Source: Heterodontus francisci
Lineage: Eukaryota
Assembly (NCBI RefSeq): GCF_036365525.1
Contig: NC_090399.1
Coordinates: 50,128,430 to 50,192,429, forward strand
DNA: 64,000 nucleotides
Direction: 5' to 3'
Shown: piece by piece, positions 1 to 13,035 of the stretch
Position numbering within the stretch: the stretch's first letter is position 1
How the letters are laid out: each line of letters starts with the position of its first letter
The notes under the pieces: model-generated
The model's database searches: none
What the model was told of the DNA's origin: nothing
What the model saw: the letters and a program-made list of their open reading frames with translations, nothing else
Position numbers and translations under genes: made by a program

Positions 1-910
1 GGCTCAGTCTCCTCAATTGCTGCTTATATGATAATCCTGTCATCCCAGGAATCAGCATGGTGAACCTGCATTGCACTCCCTCTGTGGCAAATATATCCTT
101 TATTTGGTAAGGTGACCAAAACTGTACACAGTACTGCAGGAGCGGTCTCACCAAGGCTCTATACAATTGCAGGAAGACTTCTTTACTTCTGTACTCAAAT
201 CCTCTTGCAATTCAGGCCAACATACAGAGAATACAGGCCCAGTTTTCCAAATCTCTCTTCATAGCACAGTCCCAGCATCCCGGGAACAAGTCTGGTGAAC
301 CTTTGTTGCACTCCCTCGATGGCAAGAATTTCCTTCCTCAGGTAAGGGGACCAAAACAGCACACAGTAATCCAAGTGTGGTCTAACCAAGATTCTGTACA
401 ACTGAAGCAATACTTCACTACTCCTGTTCTCAAATCCTCTTGTGATAAAGGCTAACATACCATTTGCCTTCCTAATTGTTTGCTGCACCTGTATGTTGGC
501 TTTCAGTGACTTATGAACAAGGACACCCAGGTCCCTTTGGACATCAACACTTCCCGATTTCTCACCATTTATGAAATACTCTGCACATCTATTCCTGCTA
601 CCAAAGTGGATAATCTCACATTTTTCCACATTATATTCCATCTGCCATGTCCTTGCCCACTCACTCAGTCTGTCCAAATCCTCTTGAAGCCTCTTTGCAT
701 CTTCGTCACAACTCACATTCCCACCTAGTTTTGTGTCATCAGTAAACTTGAAAATATTACATTTGGTCTCACATCCAAACCATTGATATATATTGTGAAC
801 AACTGGGGGCCAAGCACTGTTCCTTGTGGTACCCCACTAGTTACAGCCTGTCAACTGAGAATGACCCATTTATTCCTACTCTCTGTTTTCTGTCCATTAA
901 CCAAACAATA
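1..910 (-). mobile_element. CR1 LINE ORF2 C-terminal fragment (degraded)
   Basis: ORF 195..716 has CR1 RT C-terminal motifs (LQEDLDRLSEWARTWQMEYNVEKC, RDLGVLV, LVRPHLDYC..FWSP); continues off-window. Confidence 0.9.
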
Positions 911-1070
911 ATCTGATGGAGGTGTTTAATAAAGGCAGTCATCAGGGTAGAAACAGGGAATCTATTTTGTCCGGTGTCGGAATCCAAAACAAGAAAACAT
1001 AATCTTAAAATTAAAATGAAGCCATTTAGCAGCGAAATCAGGAAACACTATCACAAAAGGCTCTGTGAAA

Positions 1071-4000
1071 TTTTTTAAAAATTCATTCATGGGATATGGG
1101 CGTTGCTGGCTACGCTAGGATTTTATTACCCATCCCTAATTGCCCTTGAGAAGGTGGTGGTGAGCTGCCTTCTTGAACCGCTGCATTCCATATGAGGTAG
1201 GTACACCCACAGTGCTGTTAGGAAGGGAGTTCCAGGATTTTGACCCAGTGACAGTGAAGGAACGGCGATATAGTTCCAAGTCAGGATGGTGTGTGACTTG
1301 CAGGGGAACCTGCAGGTGGTGGTGTTCTCATGTATCTGCTGACCTTGTCCTTCTAGGTGGTAGTGGTCACAGGTTTGGAAGGTGCTGTCTAAGAAGCCTT
1401 GGTGCATTGCTGCAATGCATCTTGTAGATGGTACACAGTGCTGCCACTGTGCGTTGGTGGTGGAGGGAGTGAATGTTTGTGGATGGGATGCCAACCAAAC
1501 GGGCTGTTTTGTCCTGCATGGTGTCGAGCTTCTTGAGTGTTGTTGGAGCTGCACCCATCCAGGCAAGTGGAGAGTATTCCACCACACTCCTGACTTGTGC
1601 CTTGTAGATGGTGGACAGGCTTTGGGGAGTCAGGAGGTGAGTTACTCGCCTCAGGATTCCTAACCTCTGACCTGCTCTTGTAGCCACGGTATTTATATGG
1701 CTACTCCAGTTCAGTTTTCGGTCAATGGTAGCCCCTAGAATGTTGATAGTGGGGGATTCAGCGATGATAATGCCGTTGAGTGTCAAGGGGTGATGGTTAG
1801 ATTCTCTCTTGTTGGAGATGGTCATTGCCTGGCACGAATGTTATTTGCCACTTATCAGCCCAAGCCTGGATATTGTCCAGGTCTTGCAGCACTTCTACAC
1901 AGACTGCTTCAGTATCTGAGGAGTCGCAAATGGTGCTGAACATTGTGCAATCATCAGCGAACATCCCCATTTCTGACCTTATGATTGAAAGAAGGTCACT
2001 GATGAAGCAGCTGAAGATGGTTGGGCCTAGGACACAACCCTGAGGAACTCCTGCAGTGATGTCCTGGAAGCTCAGATGATTGACCTCCAACAACCACAAC
2101 CATTTTCCTTTGCACTAGGTATGACTCCAACAAGCAGAGAGTTTCCCCCCGGATTCCTATTGACTCCAGTTTTGCTAGGGCTCCTTGATCCCATACTCTG
2201 TCAAATGCTGCCTTGATGTCAAGGCTAGTCACTCTCACCTCACCTCTTGAGTTCAGCTCTTTTGTCCATGTTTGAACCAAGGCTGTAATGAGGTCAGGAG
2301 CTGAGTAGCCCTGTTGGAACCCAAACTGAGGTTATTGCTATGCAAGTGCTGCTTGATCGCACTGTTGAAGACACCTTCGATCACTGTACTGATGATTGAG
2401 AGTAGACTGATGGGGCAGTCATTAGCCATGTTGGATTTGTCCTGCTTTTTGTGTACAGGACATACCTGGACAATTTTCCACATTGCAGGGTAGATGCCAG
2501 TGTTGTAGCTGTACTGGAACAGCTTGGCTGGGGGCGCGGCAAGTTCTGAAGCACAGGTCTTCAGTACTATTGCCGGAATATTGTCAGGGCCCATAGCTTT
2601 TGCAGTATCCAGTGCCTTCAGTCATTTCTTGATATCACGTGGAGTGAATCGAATTGGCTGAAGTCTGGCATCTGTGATGCTGGGGACGTCAGGAGGAGGC
2701 TGAGATGGATCATCCACTCGGCACTTTTGGATGAAGATTGTTGCAAATGCTTCAGCCTTATCTTTTGCACTGATGTGCTGGGCTCCCCCATCATTGAGGA
2801 TGGGGATATTAATGGAGCCACCTCCTCCAGTTGGTTGTTAAATGTCCACCACCATTCACGACTGGATGTGGCAGGACTGCAGAACCTAGATCAGATTGTT
2901 GGTTGTGGGATCGTTTAGCTCTGTCTATCACATGCTGCTTATGCTGTTTGGCATCCAAGTAGTCCTGGGTTGCAGCTTCACCAGGTTGAGACCTCATTTT
3001 GAGGTATGCCTGGTGCTGCTCCTGGCATGTGCTCCTGCACTCTTCATTGAACCAGTGTTGATCCCCTGACTTGATAGTAATGGTAGAGACGGCGATATGC
3101 GCTGGGCCATGAGATTACAGATTGCAGTTGAGTACAATTCTGCTGATGCTGACGGTTCACAGCACCTCGTGGATGCCCAGTCTTGCATTGCTCTATCTGT
3201 TCAAAATCTATCCCATTTAGCACAGTGGTCGTGCCACACAACACGATGGAAGGTATCCTCAATGTGAAGGTGGGACTTTATCTCCACAGGGACTGTGCGG
3301 CAGTCACTCCTACTAATACTGTCATGGTCAGATGCATTTGAAGCAGGCAGATTTGTGAGGACGAGGTCAAGTATGTTTTTCCCTCATCACCTGCCGCAGA
3401 CCCAGACGAGTAGCTATGTCCTTTAGGACTCGGTCAGTAGTGGTGCTACTGAAACACTCTCGGTGATGGACATTGAAGTCCCCCACCCAGAGTACATTCT
3501 GCACCTTTACCACCCTCAGTGCTTCTTCCAAGTGGTGGTCAACATGGAGGAGTGCCGATTTGTTAGCTGAGGGTGGGTGTTAGGTGATAATCAGCAGGAG
3601 GTTTCCTTGCCCATGTTTGACCTGATGCCATGAGACTTCATGGTGTCTGGAGTCGATGTTGAGGACTCCCAGGGCAGCTCCCTCTCGACTGTATGCCTCC
3701 GTGGGACAGGACATACTCAGGAATGGTGATGGCAGTGTCTGGGACATTGTAAGGTATGCTTCAGTGAATCTGACTATGTCAGGCTGTTGTTGACTGATCT
3801 GTGGGACAGCTCTCTCAACTTTGACACAAGCCCCCAGATGTTAGTAAGGAGGACTTTGCAGGGTCAACAAGGCTGGGTTTGCTGTTGTCGTTTCCAATGC
3901 CTCGGTTGATGCCGGGTGGTCCGTCCGGTTTCACTCCTTAGCGATTTTGTGGTGGTTTGATTTTAAGAGTCAACCACATTGCTGTGGGTCTGGAGTCACA

Positions 4001-4225
4001 TGTAGGCCAGACCAGGTAAGGACAGCAGATTTCCTTCCCTAAAGGACATTAGTGAACCAGATGGGTTTTACGACAATCAACAATGGTTGCGTGGTCATCA
4101 TTAGACTAGCCTTTTAATTCTAGTTTTTTTTTTAATTAATCGAATTCAAATTCCACCTTCAAACTCATGGCCCCAGAGCATTACCCTGGGTCTCTGGGTT
4201 ACTAGTCCAATATCATTACTCCAAC
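1071..4225 (-). mobile_element. CR1-group LINE (APE endonuclease + RT, frameshifted) with tRNA-like 5' head
   Basis: Overlapping ORFs 1367..2594 give GPDNIPA.VLK, LDIKAAFDRVW, GVPQG.VLGP, FADD. APE remnants (..VGDFNVHH) lie near 3470. The 3' tail is at the poly-T near 1071 and a SINE-like head at 3960-4225. Confidence 0.85.
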
Positions 4226-4441
4226 GCTTCCCCTCTCCCTTTCAATGATTGATTTGTGTTGGGTGAGGTCAGCGAGAGATATGGAAAGACAGTGAGGAAA
4301 TAGAGTTGAGGTACAGATCAGCGTTATCTCACTGAATGGAGGAATAGACATAAAGGGGCCTAATGGCCCACTCCTGTTCCGATGACAGAGACATACACGC
4401 AGACACAGGCAGACACACACACATCCAGTGCAGTTCCTTAC

Positions 4442-4720
4442 CCCACTGATAGAGCTTGGCCTCTGCCAGGCTGCTGTGATCAATACGACAGGAGTATTGA
4501 TCCTCTTCCCCAGCATTTATTTCAATCTCTTTCTGGATCTGACGGGTCCCATCGTGGTTCGGTCGCACCCCCGAGGATTGGCTCTCAGACATTACCTCTC
4601 CATTCCTTAGCCAGTTCACCTCAATCTCTACAGGATAAAATCCAGTAACCAGGCAGGAGAGAGTGAACGGCTTGAACTGACTATTGGGGTCAATTCTGGA
4701 GATGAACACTTCAGGCTGAA
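4442..4720 (-). CDS. MHC class I gene A, exon 4 (alpha3 Ig-C1 domain)
   Basis: 279 bp, ag/gt flanked, phase 1-1: VQPEVFISRIDPNSQFKPFTLSCLVTGFYPVEIEVNWLRNG...PNHDGTRQIQKEIEINAGEEDQYSCRIDHSSLAEAKLYQW. C1-set C..GFYP..W and YSC..H motifs intact. Confidence 0.95.
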
Positions 4721-4837
4721 CTGTAATGGGAAAGGATAAAAACACAAACAATACACAGACACTGAATGGAACGAGATAATGGATTCAGAGATCAGTGATG
4801 TTAGATCAGAACATGGGGTAAAAACTGAAATAAATAC

Positions 4838-5113
4838 CTTTCCTTTGGAGATATTCCTTTCCAGCTTGCAAATGTCTCTTTAAAAGTTTAACTAGTTCTA
4901 CTTCCAATTGCCATTCCCAATACTTGTTCCAGGATTCATCAGTATCCCATTTGTCTTTAAGCTTCTCTGCAATGTGATTGGTTGCGACCCATCTCATTCT
5001 GTCAGAGTCTAAACTAATCAAATCCTTTCCATCATATCCAAAACGCATCGATCTCTTAATGGAGCCATTGTCAGTGATCGCAACAGTCCTGATCCATTGC
5101 AAAGTGTGAATTC
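4838..5113 (-). CDS. MHC class I gene A, exon 3 (alpha2 domain)
   Basis: 276 bp, ag/gt flanked, phase 1-1: GIHTLQWIRTVAITDNGSIKRSMRFGYDGKDLISLD..W..KDKWD..ELVKLLKRHLQAGKEYLQRK. Class I motifs HTLQ, YDGKD and KW present; no cysteines. Confidence 0.95.
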
Positions 5114-5439
5114 CTGTTAGTCACAAAAAATAAATCAATAATAAATAATTAAGTGTTAATGGAAAGTGTCTTTTTATAGATCACATACTGGAGGATGTTT
5201 TACCCAATTCGCTGGTTGAGAAAACTGACAGAATAGAGTACAATGCTGGTTCAACATCCTGCTCAATTTTAGTTTAAATTTAAAACACGCAGAAAAATAA
5301 AGGGTGGTATTGAAATACTGCTTTTCACCCAAACTTGTGGGCTTCCAACAGATGGTGAGGCAAATATCAGGGCCAGTTTGTGCTTCTATCTTTGGACAGT
5401 AATGGCTGGAGATTGGAGAGGCAGTCTGATAAAAGAGGA

Positions 5440-7838
5440 AGGGGGGGTCCTCAATCAGATAGAAATGGGGGTCAGAGTCACCGTCTGATCAGAGGGGAAA
5501 AGGGAACCAGTATCAGATAGAAATGGGGGTGAGAGTCACAGTCTGATCAGAGGGGAAAGGGGATCCAGTATCAGATAGAAATGGGGGTCAGAGTCACAGT
5601 CTCATCAGAGGGGAAAGGGGATCCAGTATCAGACAGAAATGGGGGTTAGAGTCACAGTCTGATCAGAGGGGAAAGGGGATCCAGTATCAGATAGAAATGG
5701 GGGTCAGAGTCACAGTCTGATCAGAGGAGAAAGGGGATCCAGTATCAGATGGAAATGGGGGTTAGAGTCACAGTCTGATCAGAGGGGAAAGGGGATCCAG
5801 TATCAGATAGAAATGGGGGTTAGAGTCACAGTCTGATCAGAGGAGAAAGGGGATCCTGTATCAGATAGAAATGGGGGTTAGAGTCACAGTCTGATCAGAG
5901 GGGAAAGGGGATCCTGTATCAGATAGAAATGGGGGTTAGAGTCACAGTCTGATCAGAGGGGAAAGGTGATCCTGTATCAGATAGAAGTGGGGCTTAGAGT
6001 CACAGTCTGATCAGAGGGTAAAGGGGATCTAGTATCAGATAGAAATGGGGGTTAGAGTCACAGTCTGATCAGAGGGTAAAGGGGATCCAGTATCAGATAG
6101 AAATGGGGGTTAGAGTCACAGTCTGATCAGAGGGGAAAGGAGATCCAGTATCAGATAGAAATGAGGGTTAGAGTCACAGTCTGATCAGAGCTGAAATGGG
6201 ATCCAGTATCAGATAGAAATGGGGGTCAGAGTCATAGTCTGATCAGGTGGGAAAGGGGATCCAGTATCAGATAGAAATGGGGGTTAGAGTCACAGATTGA
6301 TCAGAGGGGAAAGGGGATCCAGTATCAGATAGAAATGGGGGTTAGAGTCACAGATTGATCAGAGGGGAAAGGGGATCCAGTTTCAGATAGAAATGGGGGT
6401 TAGAGTCACAATCTGATCAGAGGGGAAAAGGGATCGAGTATCAGATAGAAATGGGGGTTAGAGTCACAGTCCGAACAGAGGGGAAAGGGGATCCAGTATC
6501 GGATAGAAATGGGGGTTAGAGTCACAGTCCGAACAGAGGGGAAAGGGGATCCAGTATCAGATAGAAATGGGGGGGGAAGAGTCACATACTGATCAGAGGG
6601 GAAAGGGGAACCAGTATCAGATAGAAATGGGGGGGGGGAAGAGTCACAGACTGATCAGAGGGGAAAGGGGATCCAGTATCAGATAGAAATGGGGGATAGA
6701 GTCACAGTCTGATCAGAGGGGAAAGGGGATCCAGTATCAGATAGAAATGGGGGTTAGAGTCACAGTCTGATCAGTGGGGAAAGGGGATCCAGTATCGGAT
6801 AGAAATGGGGGTCAGAGTCACAGTCCGAACAGAGGGGAAAGGGGATCCAGTATCAGATAGAAATGGGGGGGGAAGAGTCACATACTGATCAGAGGGGAAA
6901 GGGGATCCAGTATCGGATAGAAATGGGGGTCAGAGTCACAGTCCGAACAGAGGGGAAAGGGGATCCAGTATCAGATAGAAATGGGGGATCGAGTCAGAGT
7001 CTGATCAGTGGGGAAAGGGGATCCAGTATCGGATAGAAATGGGGGTCAGAGTCACAGTCTGATCAGTGGGGAAAGGGGATCCAGTATCGGATAGAAATGG
7101 GGGTCAGAGTCACAGTCCGAACAGAGGGGAAAGGGGATCCTGTATCAGATAGAAATGGGGGATAGAGTCACAGTCTGATCAGTGGGGAAAGGGGATCCAG
7201 TATCGGATAGAAATGGGGGTCAGAGTCACAGTCCGAACAGAGGGGAAAGGGGATCCAGTATCAGATAGAAATGGGGGGGGAAGAGTCACATACTGATCAG
7301 AGGGGAAAGGGGAACCAGTATCAGATAGAAATGGGGGGGGGGAAGAGTCACAGACTGATCAGAGGGGAAAGGGGATCCAGTATCAGATAGAAATGGGGGA
7401 TAGAGTCACAGTCTGATCAGAGGGGAAAGGGGATCTAGTATCATCTAGAAATATTGGGGTTAGAGTCACAGTCTGATCAGAGGGGAAAGGGGATCCAGTA
7501 TCAGATAGAAATGGGGGTTAGAGTCACAGTCTGATCAGAGGGGAAAGGGGATCCAGTATCAGATAGAAATGGGGGTTAGAGTCACAGTCTGATCAGAGGG
7601 GAAAGGGGATCCTGTATCAGATAGAAAAGGGGGTTAGAGTCACAGACTGATCAGAGGGGAAAGGGGATCCAGTATCAGATAGAAATGGCTGCTAGAGTCA
7701 CAGTCTGATCAGAGGGGAAAGGGGATCCAGTATCAGATAGAAATGGCTGCTAGAGTCACAGTCTGATCAGAGGGGAAAGGGGATCCAGTATCAGATAGAA
7801 ATGGGGGTTAGAGTCACAGTCTGATCAGAGGGGAAAGG
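5440..7838. repeat. 58-bp minisatellite, ~41 copies
   Basis: Unit gatcagaggggaaaggggatccagtatcagatagaaatgggggttagagtcacagtct; period 58 read from the line offsets. Confidence 0.95.
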
Positions 7839-7844
7839 AATAGA

Positions 7845-10625
7845 TTGAGGCAGTGGGTTTAGTTTTGAATTCATCCAGTGGTATGGGGAGAGAGCGGGGC
7901 AGTGGCATTTATTTGGGATTGATATAGGTCTATGGAGATAGAATGGGACACTGAGATTACTTTGGGATTGATACAGGTCGATGTGCAGAGAGTGGGACAG
8001 TGGGATCTGTTTGGAGATTAATCCAGGTCGATGTGGAGAGGTTGGGGCAGTGGGATTAGGTTGTGATTGATACAGGACTATTTGAACAGATTGGGGCAGT
8101 GGGATTAGTTTGTGATTGATACAGGTCTATGTGGAGAGATTGGGGCAATGAGATTAGTTTTGGTGTATGATACAGGGCTGCGGGGAGTGATTGGGGCAGT
8201 GGGATTAGTTTGGAGATTGATACAGGACTATGGGGAGAGATTGGGGCAGCGGGATTAGTTTGGAGAATGTTACAGGGCTATGGGGAGAGATTGGGGCAGT
8301 GGGATTAGTTTGGAGATTGATACAGGACTATGGGGAGAGATTGGGGCAGTGGGATGAGTTTGGTGATTGATACAGGACTATCGGGACAGATTGGGGAAGT
8401 GGGATTAGTTTGGACATTGATACAGTACTATGGGGAGAGATTGGGGCAGTGGGAAAAGTTTGGAGATTGATACAGGGCTATGGGGAGAGGTTGGGGCAAT
8501 GGGATTAGTTTGGAAATTGATACAGGACTATGGGGAGAGATTGGGGCAGTGGGATTAGTTTGGAGATTGATACAGGACTATCGGGACAGATTGGGGAAGT
8601 GGGATTAGTTTGGAAATTGACAGGACTATGGGGAGAGATTGGGGCAGTGGGATGAGTTTGGTGATTGATACAGCACTATGGGGAGAGATTGGGGCAGTGG
8701 GATTTGTTTGGAGATTGATACAGTACTATCGGGACAGATTGGGGAAGTGGGATTAGTTTGGAAATTGCAACAGGACTATGGGGAGAGATTGGTGCAGTGG
8801 GAAAAGTTTGGAGATTGATACAGGGCTATGGGGAGAGGTTGGGGCAATGGGATTAGTTTGGAGATTGATACAGGGCTATGGGGAGAGATTGGGGCAATGT
8901 GATTAGTTTGGAGATTGATACAGGACTATGGGGAGAGATTGGGGCAATGAGATTAGTTATGGAGATTGATACAGGGCTTTGGGGAGAGTTGGGGCAATGA
9001 GATTAGTTTTGGAGATTGATACAGGGCTATGGGGAGAGTTGGGGCAGTGGGATTAGTTTTGGAGAATGTTACAGGGCTATGGCGAGAGATTGGGGCAGTG
9101 GGATTAGTTTGGAGATTGATACAGGACTATGGGGAGAGATTGGGGCAGTGGGATGAGTTTGGAGATTGATACAGGACTATGGGGAGAGATTGGGGCAGTG
9201 GGATGAGTTTGATGATTGATACAGAACTATTGGGACAGATTGGGGCAATGGGATTAGTTTGGAAATTGCAACAGGACTATGGGGAGAGATTGGTGCAGTG
9301 GGAAAAGTTTGGAGATTGATACAGGGCTATGGGGAGAGGTTGGGGCAATGGGATTAGTTTGGAGATTGATACAGGGCTATGGGGAGAGATTGGGGCAATG
9401 CGATTAGTTTGGAGATTGATACAGGACTATGGGGAGACATTGGGGCAATGAGATTAGTTATGGAGATTGATACAGGGCTCTGGGGAGAGATGGGGCAATG
9501 AGCTTAGTTTTAGAGATTGATACAGGACTATGGGGAGAGATTGGGGCAGTGGGATTAGTTTGGAGATTGATACAGGACTATCGGGACAGATTGAGGCAGT
9601 GGGATTAGTTTGGAGGTTGATACAGGGCTATGGGGACAGATTGGGGCAGTGGGATTAGTGTTGGAGAATGATACAGGTCTATGGGGAGAGATTGGGCTCG
9701 TGGGATTAGTTTTGGAGAATGATACAGGACCATGGAGAGAGATTGGGGCAATGAGATTCATTTTATGAGATTGATACAGGGCTCTGGGGAGAGTTTGGGG
9801 CAATGAGATTAGTTATGGAGATTGATACAGGACTATGGGGAGAGTAGGGGCAATGAGATTCGTTTTGGAGATTGCTATAGTGCTATGGGGAGAGATTGGG
9901 GCAATGTGATTAGTTTGGAGATTGATACAGGACTATGGGGAGACATTGGGGCAATGAGATTAGTTATGGAGATTGATACAGGGCTTTGGGGAGAGTTGGG
10001 GCAATGAGATTAGTTTTGGAGATTGATACAGGGCTATGAGGAGAGTTGGGGCAGTGGGATTAGTTTTGGAGATTGATACAGGACTATGGGGAGAGTTGGG
10101 GCAATGAGATTAATTATGGAGATTGATACAGGGCTATGGGGAGAGTTGGGGCAATGAGATTAATTATGGAGATTGATACAGGGCTATGGGGAGAGTTGGG
10201 GCAATGAGATTAGTTTTGGAGATTGATACAGGGCAATGGGGAGAGATTGGGGCAATGCGATTAGTTTTGGAGATTGATACAGGGCAATGGGGAGAGATTG
10301 GGGCAATGCGATTAGTTTGGAGATTGATACAGGACTATGGGGAGACATTGGGGCAATGAGATTAGTTATGGAGATTGATACAGGGCTCTGGGGAGAGTTG
10401 GGGCAATGAGATTAGTTTTAGAGATTGATACAGGACTATGGGGAGAGATTGGGGCAGTGGGATTAGTTTGGAGATTGATACAGGGCTTTGGGGAGAGTTG
10501 GGGCAATGAGATTAGTTTTGGAGATTGATACAGGGCAATGGGGAGAGATTGGGGCAATGAGATTAGTTTTGGAGATTGATACAGGGCAATGGGGAGAGAT
10601 TGGGGCAATGCGATTAGTTATGGAT
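7845..10625. repeat. 50-bp G-rich minisatellite, ~55 copies
   Basis: Unit ggagattgatacaggactatggggagagattggggcagtgggattagttt; degenerate at the left edge. Confidence 0.95.
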
Positions 10626-11178
10626 TGCTCTGGCAAATTGATGACTGAGACACCTTGTGCTGATTGGTGACTTGGATGCTTTAATTGACTATCTTTCTGT
10701 CTCTCACCATGCACTTTCCCTGAATCATCGTCTATCTCCACGATCATCTCGTCTGCTCATGTTTCATGATCATTTCTCTATCATGGCCATCTCTCCTTTT
10801 TAATATTTCTCTATTCCTCCATATCTGTGTCTTTCCTCTCTCCTTCCTCCTTGCTCACTTCTCCATTTCTATCTATCCGTGTCTCTCCACATTTTCAGTT
10901 TCTCTCCCTCACCCTTGTCCCACATCACCCAATATCTTTTATGTCTGAACAGGGAGAGTGGCCAGGCTCTGGACATCGGGAAGGCCACAGGAGGTGAGTA
11001 AAAGCATTAACTAAAAGCCAGGAATAGTCCAGGAGCTGATGTGGGGCTTGCCGGGGAAGTGGGAGCAGCTGGTGTTGGAGAGTAAGCAAACCAGCAGGAA
11101 ACATAATTGCTTCATTCCCAACGGACAAGCCCCATTAAGCTGGACGTGAGTGGGACATTCTGATTTGACAGATCATAC

Positions 11179-11439
11179 CGGCTGTCTGGTTCATCCATTT
11201 CATTATCAGATTCCGATTCTCTTTCGTCACGTTGTATCGCCTCTCCCCCAGGAGATTGAGATAATTCCAGTCTTCCACATTGAGAGAGTCTGTTATGAAC
11301 TGCTGTCTGGAAGCCATCTGCTGGGTGTCACTGTCATAATAGGATAATGTTACTTCATTGAGCATGGCCACACCGACAAACTCAGGGGAATCCGTGATGC
11401 CGGAGATTCCCGTGTACAGTACAGTGAAGGAATCAGTGT
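11179..11439 (-). CDS. MHC class I gene A, exon 2 (alpha1 domain)
   Basis: 261 bp, ag/gt flanked, phase 1-1: DTDSFTVLYTGISGITDSPEFVGVAMLNEVTLSYYDSDTQQMASRQQFITDSLNVEDWNYLNLLGERRYNVTKENRNLIMKWMNQTA. PEF, YDSD, W60 and the N86 NQT sequon are retained. Confidence 0.95.
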
Positions 11440-11599
11440 CTGTCAGATAAAGAAATAGAGGAAGTGGTTAATAATAAAATAATAACATTTCTAAAAGCTG
11501 ATCAAGCTGAAACACATCCACATAGTGACAATGTCCAGTCATCTGCCACTTTATTGCAATACCAGAATCCTGTCTGATATTCGAAATAAGAGATCATTA

Positions 11600-13035
11600 C
11601 AGCAGAGGAGAACGGAGCAGTGGACTTTTGGATGAGCTCAAGTTTACGGAAGATGGAAGATGGGAGGCTGGCCAGGAGATAATTGGAACATTCGAATCTG
11701 CTGGAGCCAGAAGCATAGACGAGTGTTTCAGCTGGGCTGAGGCAGGGGTGGAGATGGGAGACATAACAGAAGCGGAAGTTGGTGGCCTTTGTAATGGAGA
11801 GGATGTGAAAGAAAGGCGTGAGGACGAACAAAGCAATTTACAACCAATGGAGGAATTTAGAAGTATAGTCGCTGTAGGAAACACAGCAGCCGCTTTGTGC
11901 ACAGCAAGCTCCCACAACACCAGTGTGATAATGACCAGGTAAGCTGTTTTTGGTGATGTTGATTGAGGGTTAAGTTTTGGCCAGGATACCGAGGAGAATG
12001 CTCTGTTTTGAAGGAGTTACATGGGATCTTTCACATCCGCCTGAGAGCCTTGCTTTAATGCCACATCCAAAAGATGGCACATCCGCCGACAATGCAGTGC
12101 AGCAGTGAATACTGAAATCCCTCCACACTGAAATATTGTGCTCAAATCTCAAGTGGAACTTGAACCCACAATCTCTGAGCCAGAGGCAACAGTGTGACCA
12201 CCGAGTCACAGCCGATACCCTATGGGATTGGAAACTCACCTCAGAGTCAAAGAGGGTACTAAGTTCTGGTTCAGCCTGAGACAATGGGCAGGGAGGAGGA
12301 TGACAAGTGACAAGCAAATGGAGTTTGTGACGGTGGCCAAAGTCAGTGGCTTCAGTTTTTCCAAGGTTTAATTCAAGAACATTCTTGCTCATCCAGTACT
12401 GAATGTTGGACAAGGAGTCTGGCAATTTAGAGATGGGGAGGAGTCGAGAGAGGTTGTGGTGAGTAGAGCTGGGGGGTGTCAGCAGCATACATGTGAAAAC
12501 TAACGCTGTGCTTTCGGATGATGTTGCCAATGGACACAATTTGCAGGGGAAATAGAAGGGGACACCAGAGGTAACAGTGCAGGAGCAGGAAGAGAAGATA
12601 TTGCAGGTGATACACTGGCTATAATTAGATAGCTAAGAATGGAACCAGGTGAGTTTAGTCCCACCCAGATGGATGATGGAACAGCAGCATTAAGGACAAT
12701 GGTTAAGGAGGGATAGTTTTCCTTTGTCACAGTCATATAGGATGGTAGTTGTGACTTTGATAAGAGCAATTTCAGTACTGTGCCAGAGCAGAAACCTGAT
12801 TGGAGTGATTCAAACATAGAATCATAGCAAATTTAAGGAAAGAAAGAGGCCACTTGGCTCATCACGTCTGTGCCGGCCGATAAAACGATCCACCTATCCT
12901 AATCCCATATGGAATTAAGGGAAATATTTGCGAGATGTTCAAGGGCCTTGCAGAGGAAAGGGAGGTTGGCAGTAGTTTGCAAGGACAGAAGGGTGAAAGG
13001 GGGGTTTTTAAGGAGTGGGTGATGATGGCAGATTT
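11600..13035 (-). mobile_element. old L2-type LINE fragments
   Basis: Remnant motifs FHMYAAD (YADD), WMSKN.LELNLGKTE, ETLV.A...SR....N.LLASLP, FESLQSGF. Confidence 0.7.
11810..12218 (-). mobile_element. Deu-domain SINE (SacSINE1-like) inserted in L2
   Basis: The reverse complement contains the Deu core (GATGTGAAAGATCCCATG...CCTGGCCAAAAC...CCCTCAATCAACATCACC...GTGGGAGCTTGCTGTGCACAAAGCGGCTGC) and a tRNA-like head; homologous to 58800-59105. Confidence 0.7.

Noticed and set aside
5440-10625. Regular repeats resembling a CRISPR array, and repetitive ORFs (9555..10747)
   Set aside because: No unique spacers and a vertebrate intronic context; these are minisatellites and the ORFs are by-products of the repeat.
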